Origin: Camelus ferus
Lineage: Eukaryota
DNA length: 64,000 nucleotides
Assembly (NCBI RefSeq): GCF_009834535.1
Contig: NC_045696.1
Location: 42,534,001-42,598,000, forward strand
Direction of reading: 5' to 3'
Positions 14,315 to 27,920 of this stretch are shown here, in pieces. Position 1 is the stretch's first letter, and the number at the start of each line of letters is the position of its first letter. Below the pieces are notes generated by a model. That model did no database searches. It had not been told where the DNA came from and worked only from the letters and a program-made list of their open reading frames with translations. The position numbers were made by a program, and so were the translations under genes.

Positions 14315-14502
14315 CCCTTGTCCTCCACGTGTGGTCCCCTGGCCCTCTCCGTCAGTTTTACCTGGTAACTTGTCAGAAATGCAGTTTCTCAGAACCCCGT
14401 TCAGATGTACTCATGCAGAAACTCTGGGAGTGGAGCCCCAGAGTTTCTATTGAGCAGGACGTCAGTTGATTCTGCTGCCTGTTAAAGTTTAAGAACCACT
14501 AC
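14315..14502. mobile_element. MER5A-like hAT-Charlie MITE
   Basis: gtgtggtcccctgg..acctggtaacttgtcagaaatgcagtttctcag..aaagtttaagaaccact. Confidence 0.75.
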
Positions 14503-14994
14503 TCTGGAATAAGATCGAAGGCAATTCCAGAAAGCTGAAAAGAGATCACCATAGACAGGTGACATCATCTGTCTGTCCCCAAACAGAAAGAAGGAGCCAC
14601 TCCTTCCTGGAGTCTAGTGCTGGAAATGCACCTCCGTGAGGAAATCAATCTGTTTTCTTCTGTCAGTGTTTTGACCTAAATGGTTACACTTTTTTTTTTT
14701 TTTTTTTGAATGATCACCAGGGCTGATTCAGCTGACCTGGCTGGGCAGGTGTGTACTTTCTTTCTCATGTCTCCTTGTTTATTATCTATGCTTAGTATTT
14801 TATATGCTGAGTTAAAGGGGATGAACGTTTCAAATTGAGAAAGATGTTCTTTGGTCAGACATCCACACATCTCAGTTCCTCTGTGTCATGTTCCCCAAGG
14901 ACAGAAAATGCTCCAGGACATGGAAAATTTCTACTGTTTAAATTGTGTAGAGTTGGTCTCTAGAAATATTTGTAGTGGAAAAAAAAAAAAAAAC

Positions 14995-15790
14995 CTGTGC
15001 TTTGGAATCAGACAGACCTATTTGAGTCACAGTCTGTCCCTCGTTAGCCATGTGACTTTGAGGAAGTCATTTAGCTTCTTTGAACCGCAGCTTCCTCATC
15101 TATGAAGTGAAGAGTCTCATACCAACTTCTTGGATTCATTTGAGGACCAGGGATACTCTATGCAAAGGCCTGGCACCTGGTAGGTGTTAGACCTTCCACT
15201 TTCCCGGACTTTCCCTTATTACTGCACCCGCTCTTTGCCATTCCTAGGGTTTCTGACTTAGTTTGTTTCTACACAGCATGGTGGATGGTTAGAGCATGGG
15301 CCATGGGGCAGCACACCTGGGTTTGAATCCCAGTTCTGAAATATATCTTTGTTTTCCTCATGTGCACAAACCGAAAAGCACTACTACTTACCTTCACAAG
15401 TTGTTCTAAGGAATAAATGAGTATAGAGTGCTCATCAAATGACTGACAGTAAGCACGCCATTCATGTCAGCTGTTACTGTTACCCCCATTCCTCAGCCCT
15501 GTTGTGACTTCACTTTCTTCCTTATTCTGCTTGTACCTTAAAAATAGTACTTTAGTGGGAAAAAAAATCTGTTCATTCATTCATTCAGCAAATATTTTTG
15601 AGGCTCTACCACATGAAAGGACTTGAGCCCAGATAGATCTCTGCCGCAAGTTTTTGAAGATAGATTTGCGTTTATCACTTACTGCTCCTCCAAGTTAGTT
15701 TCCTAATCTGGAAAATGGGGATAATAATAATTCTTTCTGTATCCATGTTAGAGTGTTGTAAATAAAATGAGGTAGTAAAGGGGATGCCAA
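14995..15790. mobile_element. Cluster of three MIR fragments (about 14995-15190, 15280-15480, 15680-15790) and an L2 tail (about 15570-15620)
   Basis: Repeated MIR motifs (gctttggaatcagacagacct, tgtgactttgaggaagtcatttagc, cctgggtttgaatcccagttct, ctggaaaatggggataataata) and ttcattcattcattcagcaaatattt. Confidence 0.7.
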
Positions 15791-18700
15791 AAACTGAAAT
15801 GGAAAGCTTCCAGGCCTTATGGTAATCAAACCATAAACAGCTCCTCAAAGAGCACAGCATCGAGGCGGAGGAATACAGCCACTGCTCCTTTTTTCCAGAC
15901 GCAGCCCCCAGTCTCCTGTTTGTTTTTGTTCTTTAGCACTCTGAGTAGGATGGGATGAGGGAGAAGAACAATCCATTTAACAAGTATGAAATAAATAAGT
16001 CGAAGGACCAAATTCACAAGGTTTTCCTCTTTTCAGGGACTTAAACTAAATCTCTAGGCACTGCTTCAAATATGTTGTGTATTACCAAGGTTATTTGGTG
16101 GGAAGAATGTTTATCTGCCACCAAGGATTACCCCCTGAAAACAAGATCTCGATTTTCGAGCACATTTGAGCGTTGAGGGAAGTGCAAGTCCTTGCCTGCG
16201 CCAGGCGGCCGTACTCTGGGTTCCTGCAGATCTGTCTCAGAGCCAAGGGGACAAAGCTGGCTGGGATGGGGCCCCTTCTCCATCAGGGTCATGATGCTAG
16301 GGTCTTAGGTTCGTCTTGCTGCTCCTCAGACCCATTGCCCCTGGATGTCTGGGTGTCCGTCAGGCTGCTCTCTTTCCTGGTACCTGTCACCTCTCATGAC
16401 TGAACTCCAGTTCTAATCCCTGACTTGTTCTCCACTTTCTTGACAGCCTGCATAGCCCTTTCCTCTGCCTCTATTGCTATCAGTTGCTACCAGGTCCTGT
16501 CCTGCTAGAACAAGAATCATGAGCTGCAATTCTTCCGACCAGAGTGTCTCCAGTATTGGAAGATTCCTCTTCTGGGTCTCCCCTGTCTCCCCTGTGGAAT
16601 TTTACACCAGCCCAGGTCATGTCGAAGTCTGCCCAAGGTTTGATTTTGAATTTTAGGTGGTTGGCCTCCTGCCAGGGAGCCAGTGGCCGTGGGTTCTTAA
16701 CCATGCTTCTTTGCAGCTTCTTTCTCTCACGCTGTAGTCTGCTGAGCAGTGGTGGCATCTGACAGCCTGGATCATGTGGGTCAAGACAAGGGATCTTTTA
16801 AAGAGAAAAAGGGTCATTTCAAACTTCCCTAGACAGCAATTCAAGAGAGCCAGGACTTTCAAATCATAAAATTTCTAAGAAGACAAGCAAAAATATTGTT
16901 AATTAAATGTTTAATCTTTATTAGAGCTAGCATATTAATTTTAAGTAGTTTTAATTTACAGTATAGCACAATCATGTATCCGTTGTAGCACAGAGTGCCC
17001 TCTCGTATAATCAATGCGTGTAGAATATTTATGCTCATTTTATTGGACTCTGGGCATAATTTTAGTATTGAATATATGGAAGGATTTTATGCTTGTTTTT
17101 ATGACATTGTTGGCTTAAGCTAGCCTTACTTTTATGCCAAGTCTCTTGCCAAGAACACAGCTCTTAATCTCAACATTGTTTCAATGGGAAAATACATAAA
17201 TACACTTTCATGAACATTTGCTTGTCTATAATCTCAATAAAGCTAATGGACAGATACCTAGATTTTTTTTCATTCTGTTGGGACTCTTTTTTCCTTGTGT
17301 TTCCCTTTTAGGATAATGATTTTCCTTCAGGTTATGTGACTGTGTTATGTGATGCTTAAGTCTTTTACTATGAATGAAGCACTCATTTTCTTGAGATAGA
17401 AAATTCTCAGGAAACGAATGTCTTAAAAAGTGCACACATGTGTATGTATGTATAAGTGTTATTACAACCAAACCAATCCTTAAGTAGAAAACAATTTCAA
17501 TTTAAAAGAAAGCTATTGAAATAGAAAATAAAAGTTGATTTTACCCATCTCTGTTTTTTATTGTTAGTACTTTAACTCTTCTCTCAGTGTATTTCAATTT
17601 GCAGCCTCGTTCAGAGATCTAGATTTTATTTGGCCAGTGAGGCCTGAAAATCCTCTCCCTGATCATCTGGAACAAGATGGAACCTGACAGGTATAGCTGC
17701 AGTGCATAATGCCCTCAACAACCTTGAACATCTGGTGGTCGGTAGCAACGTAAGTCATACCCAGGGTCTTAGGTAAGACGCAAAGCAGGAAGTGATATGT
17801 TATAAGTAATACATTATAGAAAAAATGTTGAACAAAAAGTTGAGCATTCACTTTGGCAAATCATAATCTCCCAAAATTTCCATTGGATTCCTTTTGGTTG
17901 AGCTTTATTAATTTCCTGTAAGAAATGCAATAAGCATCTTTTCTACTTCATGTCTCATACTACTTTAATATAATAACATTTTAATAAAAATAGTATAATT
18001 ACCTGTGGAAACATATGCATTGTAACTTTAAGTTTTCTGCTTTTGGAGAGAGGATAACTGTTAAGCCTAACCATGAGGACAGGTTAAGACAGCAATAAAT
18101 GTAATTTGTTATTTTAAAATGCCCACTTTTAGACTTTATATAATAAACTATACATGCTAGAATAATAAGATCTCATAAACAGCAAACACTTAATCATCTT
18201 TTGTTTGTTATTGAAAACTTTTCATTTTATGCCAGTTGTTGTCTTAATATATTGTAAGATGCCAAACCTCACCATAATTTTTTCATACTAATGAAAATCA
18301 TATAAATTTAGAAACTATTTTATTTCATCCATGCAATGTTCATTTCAGTCCGAAGAAAGCAAACATTTCCCACGCACACAGTGAATCTCTGTTAGTCCCA
18401 TTTTAAGCTTGTCAGGTATTCTGATTTCAATCCTATTTGACCAATTTAAATTGCAATTTAAATGGTTAGATTCTAGCATTAGATTTTAATTACCTTCAAT
18501 TCTATCAGAGTGGGTTCCAGCCCTTTGTAGCAAATTCATTTCCTGCTTAACCGGAAAGACAATGCTCTTTAAACAGGCTTTTCCTGGATACTAGTGCTTG
18601 CTTTCCCTGGAAAGAAATTGTTCTCACACACTCTGCTGTTTATTTCCTCTTATTCCAGGACAAATTTTTGAATAAAATAAGTAACACACACCATGCAAGG

Positions 18701-19749
18701 AAAAGACAAGATGAGAAACATGATAATATTCACTTCATGAAAAAACATGCTCATCATTTCTTTAATATATGTGTGGATTAAATATATTAAAATCCACATA
18801 TATTAAAATATATTAACTCCACTGAGTGGATTTGTCATTTTAACTAGGATACATGAATGCTCCAAATATTAAGACTCTGCACCTTTAAACCTTTCTTTGC
18901 ATAGGTCATTTCAAATACAAGCTTTCTCTAGAGAATATAATTGTGTAATTAAATAAAGTACATAGAAGAAAAGAAATCCTCACTAGTGGCCTGTGATTTC
19001 AAGCACAGCATAGATTAAAAATCAGAGACCCCTTTTGAAGTGTGCACGTGTATAGTTATTTGAAATACATTGTAGAAGATGTAGCAATTGAAAGTTTCAT
19101 TTTTACTTCTGATTTAAGCTGTCACCAGGCATTTCTGGACGAGTCACTAATTGCTTCATGCCTCCAAGGGCCCGCTTAGTGCACTGAAGCAGTAACCTTC
19201 GAAGTGGTCCTACTGATCAGGAAGATTTAAGTTAGGCCCCAGAAGAAACCCACAATAGCATATACAGGAGTGCTAAAGTCAGGCATGCTGGAAAGGTCTT
19301 TGTGACTGCATGTAATAATTTTGGGAATACAAATATTGTCATATGTGAATAGGCGGATAAGGAACATGATTTCCTTTCCTCAACGCTTGAAGGATTTTCG
19401 ATGTAATCAGTGACTAAAAGTGAAGGTGACTCTATTATGATGCTGCAGCATCTTGACAGAAAAGCTTCCCATTATTTGTACACCATTTTAACCAGATTCT
19501 AGTGTAGTGAGAGATTGCCAATTTCTTTCAATGGGATCTGTTGCCATTATAATCAAATCTGATGGGTTCTTGGCTCATTTTTAAAAGGAAGGACTGTTTA
19601 CCCTTGAATAAAATAAGGAATAACCTAAAAAAAGAGTCAAATTAAAATTTTTATGAGATCTGCATCTCTCACATGATACATGCAGATATAAACAAAGAAC
19701 GTACTGCTGGGCCTGCCACAGACCAGTATTACGGAAGGTACTACAGGCA

Positions 19750-19960
19750 AAAGTGGTTGATAGCTTTGGAGTCAGATGGGTCTTGGCTCTGCCACTTGCC
19801 AGCTGTGTGATCTTGAGCAGACTTCTTAATGTCCCCTGAACCTCAGCTTTCTTATCTATGAAATGGGGTGACCACAAGTAGCTGTGAGGATTAGATGAGG
19901 TTGTCTAATATACATTCTCAGCCCAGGGCCTAATGCTTAGTGTGTCCTCAATATGTTGGT
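19750..19960 (+). mobile_element. MIR
   Basis: gctttggagtcaga..gctctgccacttgccagctgtgtgatcttgagcagacttcttaat..ctgaacctcagc. Confidence 0.85.
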
Positions 19961-20544
19961 GGCGGTGATGATGAGGAACAGCTCTCAACTCACACTGAAG
20001 TCCTTTGACAGCTTCACCATGGTCCACATTCAAGCAGTAGTCAGCTCCTTTTCTGCCTCTACAAAGCTACAACATCTGTGCTTTGTTTTTAGTCCTACCT
20101 TTCTGCCCTGTATCAAGCTGCATTCGAATGAGGCTGTGTGTGAGAGTGAGAGAACTTTGTAGATTCCAACACCCTAAAGAATTATTGGTTATTTTTAACA
20201 TTTTATTGGAACTTACTAGAACTGCAGTAATTAATTAACTGGTATCTTTGCCTCTAGTCAGTACACATTCTAATCCATTCTTAACAGTGCTGCCACAGGT
20301 ACCTTTGGAAGCATCTCTTTTTAAATGACTCCCTTCTTCAAACACTATCCATCGCCCCTAGGCATGATGGACTGCAGTCTACAGGAAGTGGGTCATTGTC
20401 TCTCTCTATAACCTTGTCTTCCAACATTTCCCCTCAAATACCACTAATACTCTGCTTTCCAGCACTTCAGAAAGATGCCCTTCTATAAATCTGTTCTAAC
20501 ATTGCCTTAGACGAATAGTTTATTATTAATTAATTAATTAATTT

Positions 20545-20815
20545 TTTTTACTGTTTAAAGATTTTATTTATTAAGGTATAATTGAGATATATCATATTCA
20601 TTGATGAAGGCAAAGGGTTGTTTCCATATCTTGGCTGTTGCAAATAATGCTGCAGTAAACATGAGGGTGCGAATATCTTTTTGAGTTAATGTTTTTGCTT
20701 TCTTTTGATAAATACCCAGACGTGGAATGGCTGGATCATATGCTAACTACATTTTTAATTTTTTAAAGAAACTTCGTACTGCTTTCCATAGCAGCTGCAA
20801 TGGTTTCCATTCCAT
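20545..20815 (-). mobile_element. L1 3' fragment, internally deleted
   Basis: ggttgtttccatatcttggctgttgcaaataatgctgcagtaaacatgagggtgc..gataaatacccaga..ggctggatcatatg, antisense of the ORF2 C-terminal region. Confidence 0.8.
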
Positions 20816-23319
20816 TGTGTACATAGTAGATAACTCTTTGATTGGATAAACATTGATTGAACAAATTTTTGTATGCCTTCTCTCAGTACCAAATGGTCTG
20901 TTACTCTTTGGATTACTTAAATTCCTATCCTCCAAGGCTCTACTTAATTTTTTTTTTTTTAAGTTTAGGTTTCTTGTATCTCTCAGGTAGGAATCAACCT
21001 CTCCCGCCTTGTTCTCTATTTTCCAGACTATATTCATATCCACCCTTTCATCTCAGTTTGCCATTTACAGCACAACCTGAGAAGTCAGGAGGGCGAGGAC
21101 TGGGTTACTATTTTCCCTCCACCCTCCACAGTGACTAGTGGAAGACCTTTCACAAGGAAGGTGCTAAGTCAGGAAAAAAAAAGTTTTGTCTTTTTCTCTA
21201 TAGGTGTATTTGCTAAATCTACACTGTATTAAAGGAACAGAGAAACAAAACATAGAGCAGCAGCTGAATTAAAAAAAAAAAAACACCCAACCCCCGCCCC
21301 AGAGAAGACAGATGGGCTTTGATGCTCCCTTCTCTTTTTTCATGTGCTCCTCTTAGGCTGTACATTCTTTTGATGTTTATTGTAACCAGAATTCACTAGG
21401 ATAAAAATGGTAGGTGAAGGTCATGGATGAAAGATGGAAGGAGAACAAAGTTTCTCCCCAAACCGAAATTCCACTGTGGACCAAGTCTTTGTTCTGAAGT
21501 GTTTTACTAAGACCTGTGACACATCCTCACTGTCATACAGCAACAACAAAAAAGCACATTCATAACTCTGAAATTCTGTTGCTGTTGGATGACAACTTGT
21601 ATTAGCCTGACCTGGTCAGTCTGGTATTCAGAGTAAAGTGAAAATTCATCACAGAACAACATAGCATTTTACCAATGGCCATTCTTCTCACTCTGTGCAT
21701 CCTATCTCTACCCCAATATTTTATGGTTCTCTTTAGTCCCCAATTGCTTTTTTTGTGTGAGATGTTGCAAGATTGAAAGATGCAGTTAGAAAACACTTTC
21801 ATGGCTTTCAACATCACCAGCATGCAGAATTATCAGTCTTTACAACATCTACCAATCAGGCAACATTGAGAAGATCGCATCAGGCTTCTCAAATCTTCTT
21901 TTATCCTTCATATAAATCACAGGACCCTAGTGTGAACTGTGCAGGAGATGTAATGGGAAGGGTCGTTGGGGGATCACAGTATTGATAGCTGTGGGCAAGA
22001 TACCATTACAAGTGTCATACCTTCGATAGAGTAATTAACTGGATAAATTGGCTAAATAGTATTTTCCCTTTAAGGATTTTAAAATCCAGTCTGAGCCATT
22101 CATCTTTCTAAATAAATGAATGAAATTGGTCAGCAGCTACAGCTGCATCTCGCTCTATGGACAGTAAAAACTAGACATCTTTTACTGTGAGGAATGCATG
22201 ATCTTAATTCTTCCTGTTTTAAGTTCCAATTTAAACATAAGATTAGCTGGACAGAAGGAAAATGAAAATATACTGATTCTCAAATTAGCAATGACGCTGC
22301 GCCAAATGAGTATGTTCGTTGTTGGCAGATTGCTTGACTGACAAACTAAATTGGAGTGGGGAAAGCATTGCCTTTTTTTTTCCGTGTGTCAGAATGTTGT
22401 TCTGGGTTCCTTGGTTCCTGAAATGACTCTACGATGAGGACTTTCATTCTCCTGACATCGCACAAGTTTTACTTTGCGATCTGATTGGAGAGAGAGATGC
22501 ATTGAGCGCTTTTGTTTCTGTGACCAACTCCTCTCCTTTCATTTAAAGTTGCGTTAAACACAGTTTACAAGGGTATTCAAATCACGCAGGTTTTCCTTTT
22601 AAAGTTTTCCACTTGACAGACCAGAGCAACCATACCATAGCTACCTTGCTATCTGTACTGAAGCCACTGTTTCAGGAAGATACTGCCTGCAAAACTGCTG
22701 CTAGCTATGAAATGAATAAAATATCAATGCCGAGCTGCTAGGTACACACCAGATGTAACCAGGTTTTCTGGAAACCATGCCCATCGACAGGAGCTACGTG
22801 AGAAACTGGCCCTGAGCTCTTTCAGCCTCGTGGACAGGACTCCAGTTAGAGCGCTGATAAACACTTCAACATCTAGCGGGCAGAGTAAGCATTCTGTGGT
22901 TTAATTTATATAATTCTTCTGACATTCCCTGGTAGGAATGATAAACCGCACTGTTGATACCAGGCTTTCATGGAAGCAATAAGAACATGGGCCAAACTCT
23001 ATTTACGAGATAAACTCATTATGCTTCCATCTTGAGCATCCCTGCAGATGATGAACAGGGACAGCGCAAATAAATGCCATACAGATGCTTGTCTCTTACC
23101 AGCTTTTAGTTTTTAGCATGAGATTCCTTGACCTCTTATCCTTTTACTAAGATGCTTTACTGTAACCTGAGATAGGGACCCACGTGGGCTCTGCTGTCAC
23201 TCCCTGCCTATTGTTGTGGAGATATCCCAGGCTGTTGCATATTCCTGGAGTAAGCTCATCTTGGACCAGGGACAACAGGTTGATTTTAATTAATTAATTA
23301 ATTAATTAATTTGCAGTAC

Positions 23320-23670
23320 ATATACTTTTTATTGTACCATTGTTAATTTAAGATTCATAATTTGCTGGTGTGCAATATACTGATTCACAATTTTTAAATG
23401 TTATAAACCATTTATAGTTATTATAAAATACTGCTTATGTCTCCTGTGTTGTACTTGTAGCTTGTTTTATTCATAAGAGTTTGTACTTCTTAATCCCCTA
23501 TGCCTATATTGCCCCTCCCCACTTCCCTTTCCCCACTGGCAACCACTAGTTTGTTCCTTGTATCTGTGAGTGTGCTTCTTTTTTGTTATAGTCACTAGTT
23601 TGTATTTTTTAGATTCCACATATAAACGATACCATACAGCATTGGTCTTTGTCTGGCTTGTTTCACTTAT
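23320..23670 (-). mobile_element. L1 3' UTR fragment (cetartiodactyl type)
   Basis: ccccactggcaaccactagtttgtt..tatctgtgagtgtgcttct..tttttagattccacatataaacgataccatacag. Confidence 0.8.
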
Positions 23671-23679
23671 TGAAGCTTC

Positions 23680-24110
23680 TGTGTGTTAGGTTCTTTCAGG
23701 TTGCAAAGAACAGAAGGGTATGCAGGTTTCTTTTCATAACATGAGTTTTTGGTCTGGATTCACACAGAGGAGTCAAGGAAGTGCTGAACAAAGTCTCAGC
23801 AGATACTTAGTCAGGTGTCCTGGAGAACTGGAACTCAGGAAGAATTCAAGCTGCCCTAGGGATCCAGCAATAATTCCAGTCATGAATTATCCCCAACTCA
23901 GTTTCGTGCTCTCTGTACTTTCTTTCTTGACTTCTGTTTCTGCTGTTGACTAGGATCAGGCTACCTCCTGGCCTTCATTTGCTCATGGCTCCTCCTGTCT
24001 CATGACTCCTGCTCATTGCACACTCTCCATGTGTCTTTCCTTCTGTGCTACTGTGCCTCCTCTGTCTCTATTCTTTTTATGCAAGTTTCTCAGGAGAAGA
24101 GATCCTAATC
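23680..24110. mobile_element. Old ERVL/MaLR-type LTR fragment
   Basis: Begins tgtgtgttaggttctttcaggttgcaaagaacagaa, resembling LTR33/MLT1-type termini; family uncertain. Confidence 0.4.
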
Positions 24111-27100
24111 AGGACAGATAATCATGGTTGGGCACAGAGTACCTATAACTGAATAGATGTTTAACTCTAGGATATGCATCAGAGGCCATGTAAGTCATTG
24201 TAGGGTTTGGTGCCTTTGGTTCACGGGTTCTTCAAGTATAACAAAGACATTGGGGTGATATGGTCCAAAGCATGATGGCAAATGCATTGGCACTTAGCAT
24301 CTTTGGTTATGGAGAAGCCACTTATATCATTTATGAGCATTGAATTGTGAGCAGACAGTTCCAGGAAATTGATGAAGCATGATATGGAAGAAATAGAAGG
24401 ACTAAGAAGAGGAGGAAGAATAAATGGCTTAAAAAAGTATATAAAATTAATACTTGGCCCTCTTTATGTTTCATTTGAAACTGACAATAACAAATATAAC
24501 TTTCTGGGAAAGCTCTTTTTAGCTCCTAAAAAAACTTAGGTATTAAAAAAATTGTCAACCAAATTGTCCATCCAAAATACAGCATGTGATTGTTAAAATT
24601 AGAACTTTGTTTGCATTTGATTGAGAATAACCTCAAAAAAAAAAAAAAAAAAAAAAAAGCTCATTTGATGGTCCTGCCACTCTAGAGGAATTCCGGTATA
24701 AGTACGCTGGAATTTTATAGCTTAATGGTTACAAGGGGATATAAGGTGGTTTTACTCAAACCACTTATTTTGCTTATTTTGCAGTGGAAGAATAAGCTAA
24801 AAGAACGGGCCACAATCACACAGCTGATTCGTGTCTAGCTGCTACATTATAAGGGACAAGTTTAATGGGCTCAGAAAACGTTTCTCCTCTAGATTCTGTG
24901 CTTAAGCTAGAACACTGCGAGCAGCACTTCTGCATGCTTCCAGGGGAATCCGATTAGTTTCAAGTGATTACTTCACCACTTACAACCCTTAATCAACAGA
25001 TCAAAGAAAGGCCACAGAATTCATTTGAGTTGCTGACAAATGGCTAAAATAGCTATTTTTCTGCAGAGTAAAATACTTAAACTCATTTATTCCTCCATGT
25101 TTATACACCCTAAAGAAACTTTAAATAACAATGCCATTTTGCATTTTTCAAAGGATGTGATCTTACTGTTAATCACAGCATCAAGACAGTTCATAAGTGT
25201 TCTCTCTTTTTGGTTTGATTCGTGGGCCACATTTAAGCTTTGCAAAGATACATGCAAGGCCTTAGGCCGGGAATCAGCAGCATTGGAGGTTTCACATATC
25301 CTGATTACCCTTTATTATAGACATTGTTATTTATGTACTCCCAATGACAATTTTGCAATTTTACCTTCCATAGAAAATCTAACACATCAAGCCGGCCTTT
25401 TAAAGCACAAGAAATTAAATCAAGCTGAGAAATCCTGGGGCATAAATTATGTCTGTTTAAGTAGTTTCAGGTGCCCAGCTTAAGTGATGGATGTCTGATT
25501 CTCTCAGGTTCACCCTTTTCTCATCCCTGTGGCAGCTCAGCTTTTTATTAGATTCCTGGTCCTTGAGAAAACAGCCAGCTTTCTGCTTCATTTGGAGGAC
25601 ACAATCCTAAAGTGAAGATAAAATCATTTTCCGTACCACTTAATACCTCTTGAAGCTGGGCAGAGGAGAGTGGGGCTTTGAGGGTAGAAAAGCAATAGTG
25701 ACATCTTGTTGCTAAGCAAAGAAAAAGTACCTACACCTGTTGGGCAATAAAACAAAACCCCCTCACCCATCAAATGACCACTCCAGCCAGCAATAGAGTT
25801 TAAAGTGCTCCACAAGGCCATCCTAAGTTGGCCACAGTAAATTATTGAATTCAAATGCATTGTTGGTATTCAGAGCCTTAGAGCAATCCTCAAGTCTCAG
25901 CTTTGCTCCACTTAATGCTCATAGATTCCGTCAGTTATGGCCAACAATCACCTAATATGTTTTGACTGTCAAACTTTTATGAGTTGGTAATGATCCTTCC
26001 AAAATGGTTTCTGTGACCAATGAAGCTTTCAGCCATAAACTATAGACTCAGAGAGGAAACTAGGAATGACCAAGGCATTTTGTGTTTGCATTTGTATTCA
26101 TTTGTGTACAGACCCATAACTCCTAATGGTGCATCTTTTCGTTCTCTAAATGTCACTCTTAAAAACAAAAGTAATGCCCATGGTTCCGAATAACACCAAG
26201 GATTTAAAAATGAAACTTTTGTCCTTGTTACAGCTTGGATTATGATTATCTCAACTATTACCAGTTAAGACAAAGACATGAGGTAAGTCCCAAAGCTACC
26301 GACTTCTCGTGCCTAACCTTGTTATAAAAAGATGGTCATATTCAGCAGGTGTAGCACAGTTCATCAGTGGGTAATTCAGTAAAGCTGTTCTCATCAGAGA
26401 AGTTAAATACGTGACAGAGGTTACTGGAGCCCAATTACAGGGAATCTGGAAGGGAGGAAAGCCAGGATTCACCATCGACCATTTGGATCTCCAGGTATGA
26501 AAGCAAACCTACAAGTCTGGATTTAAGAACAAGAATCCAGCCTCAGGAAGATAGAGCTTAACTGGCAGGATGTTCAAAGTAAACGGGGCAGAGGAGTGGA
26601 TTGGGGTAGTGGTTGCAGTAGTACTAACGCCATTGACAACGATAGCTGGTGTAGTTAAAGCTTTTACTGTATATCAGGTGCTTTGCTAAATACTCTTCCA
26701 TGAACTAGCTTTATTTATTTATTACAGTAGTTCTGTAGCTACTGTTATTTTTATTCTAAAAGTAAGGAAACTGATGTCTAAAGAAGGGACTTGACCAAAT
26801 TCCCACTGCTTATTTGCATTTTTATTTACTGTTTCAGTTAAGCTCTATTTGCTCCTTGGATCCTTCTCCACCTTGATCTTTACCCTAAGAGGCTGATGGG
26901 AGGAGATGAGAAGGGAGTTAGAGAGAGGTAGGGAGGAAAATGAGGTCAAAATGTTTTTTTCCCCCAGGTTCGTCTTTGTAGGGTCGTGTCAGGCTGCCTG
27001 TGTCCCTTGTTTCACTGAGCATCTGATACTGGCGCACATAATGGGGCCACGGTCTCTAGGCAACCTGAAATGCACATTGTCATAGTCTAGGAACAGTTCA

Positions 27101-27195
27101 GAGAGAGCTGAACAACACGGGGTGCAAGAACCCGGAAGGTGGGGCAGGAGCTTGGATCTCCTTTGCTGTGATCCCAGACCTGTGTGAGCTGGACC

Positions 27196-27212
27196 TGCCA
27201 GCAGGGGGCGTC
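27196..27212 (+). promoter_or_regulatory. Candidate CTCF site
   Basis: TGCCAGCAGGGGGCGTC, a near-consensus CTCF core. Confidence 0.5.
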
Positions 27213-27748
27213 TGCTGGCTTCCTCTGTGGTGTCAGGACTCAGCTGGGCAGCAATTCAGCTTCTCGTGACATTGTGAGACTTTGACTCTCTACCCAATAA
27301 GGTCCACTGGGAAACATTTTTTCCCTCTTATTAGTTGTTTTATCTAATTATTGTTATGATATCATGATAAAGTGAAGGTTCCCCTAGGAACTTTGAAATG
27401 AGGAAAATCTAATTGCTCTCCCTGCTCTAAGAGTAAAATTTGAATGTCAATTGAGCTAAGAAATGCACAAAACTGCCAAAGAGGCAAACTAGCTACTGGG
27501 CCTGCAAGACTTGATAGTAATTCAATGGAGTATATTAATACCAATTTAAAAAGCGTTTAATCTATCAAAAGAGAGCACTAACAGCTCCAAGACAAAGGCA
27601 AAGGGGAGGAAGGTGAATGGACACTGGATCAATGTTGGCACAGTCTGGTAAGGGGAAAAGATCTTTGACCAATGATTTTGTCTATTTCTGGCTCTTTTGT
27701 CAAGACTGTCCATATGGGAGATGGTGGTTTTATATGAGTATGCAAATG

Positions 27749-27920
27749 TTTTTTAATTGAAGTATAGTTGATTTACAATGTTGTGTTAGTTTCTGGTGTA
27801 CAACAGGGTGATTTGGTTATACACACACACACATATGTATATTCTTTTCATATTTTCCATTATAGGTTGTTACAAGATATTGAATATAGTTCCCTGTGAT
27901 ATACAGTAGGACTTTGTTGT
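27749..27920 (-). mobile_element. Older L1 3' fragment, left half (split by younger L1)
   Basis: ttttaattgaagtatagttgatttacaatgttgtgttagtttctggtgtac..atacagtaggac; the sequence resumes at about 32695. Confidence 0.85.

Noticed and set aside
23286..23311. (TTAA)n palindromic run (also about 20526-20543)
   Set aside because: Simple repeats adjacent to L1 tails, probably decayed A-tails.
24636..24658. Poly(A) run as the tail of a retrocopy
   Set aside because: No TSD or recognisable upstream transcript.
25040..25483. 147-aa ORF (similarly 56345-56767, 57517-57915, 43355-43750)
   Set aside because: No recognisable homology or exon structure; lengths are compatible with chance or low-complexity/repeat origin.
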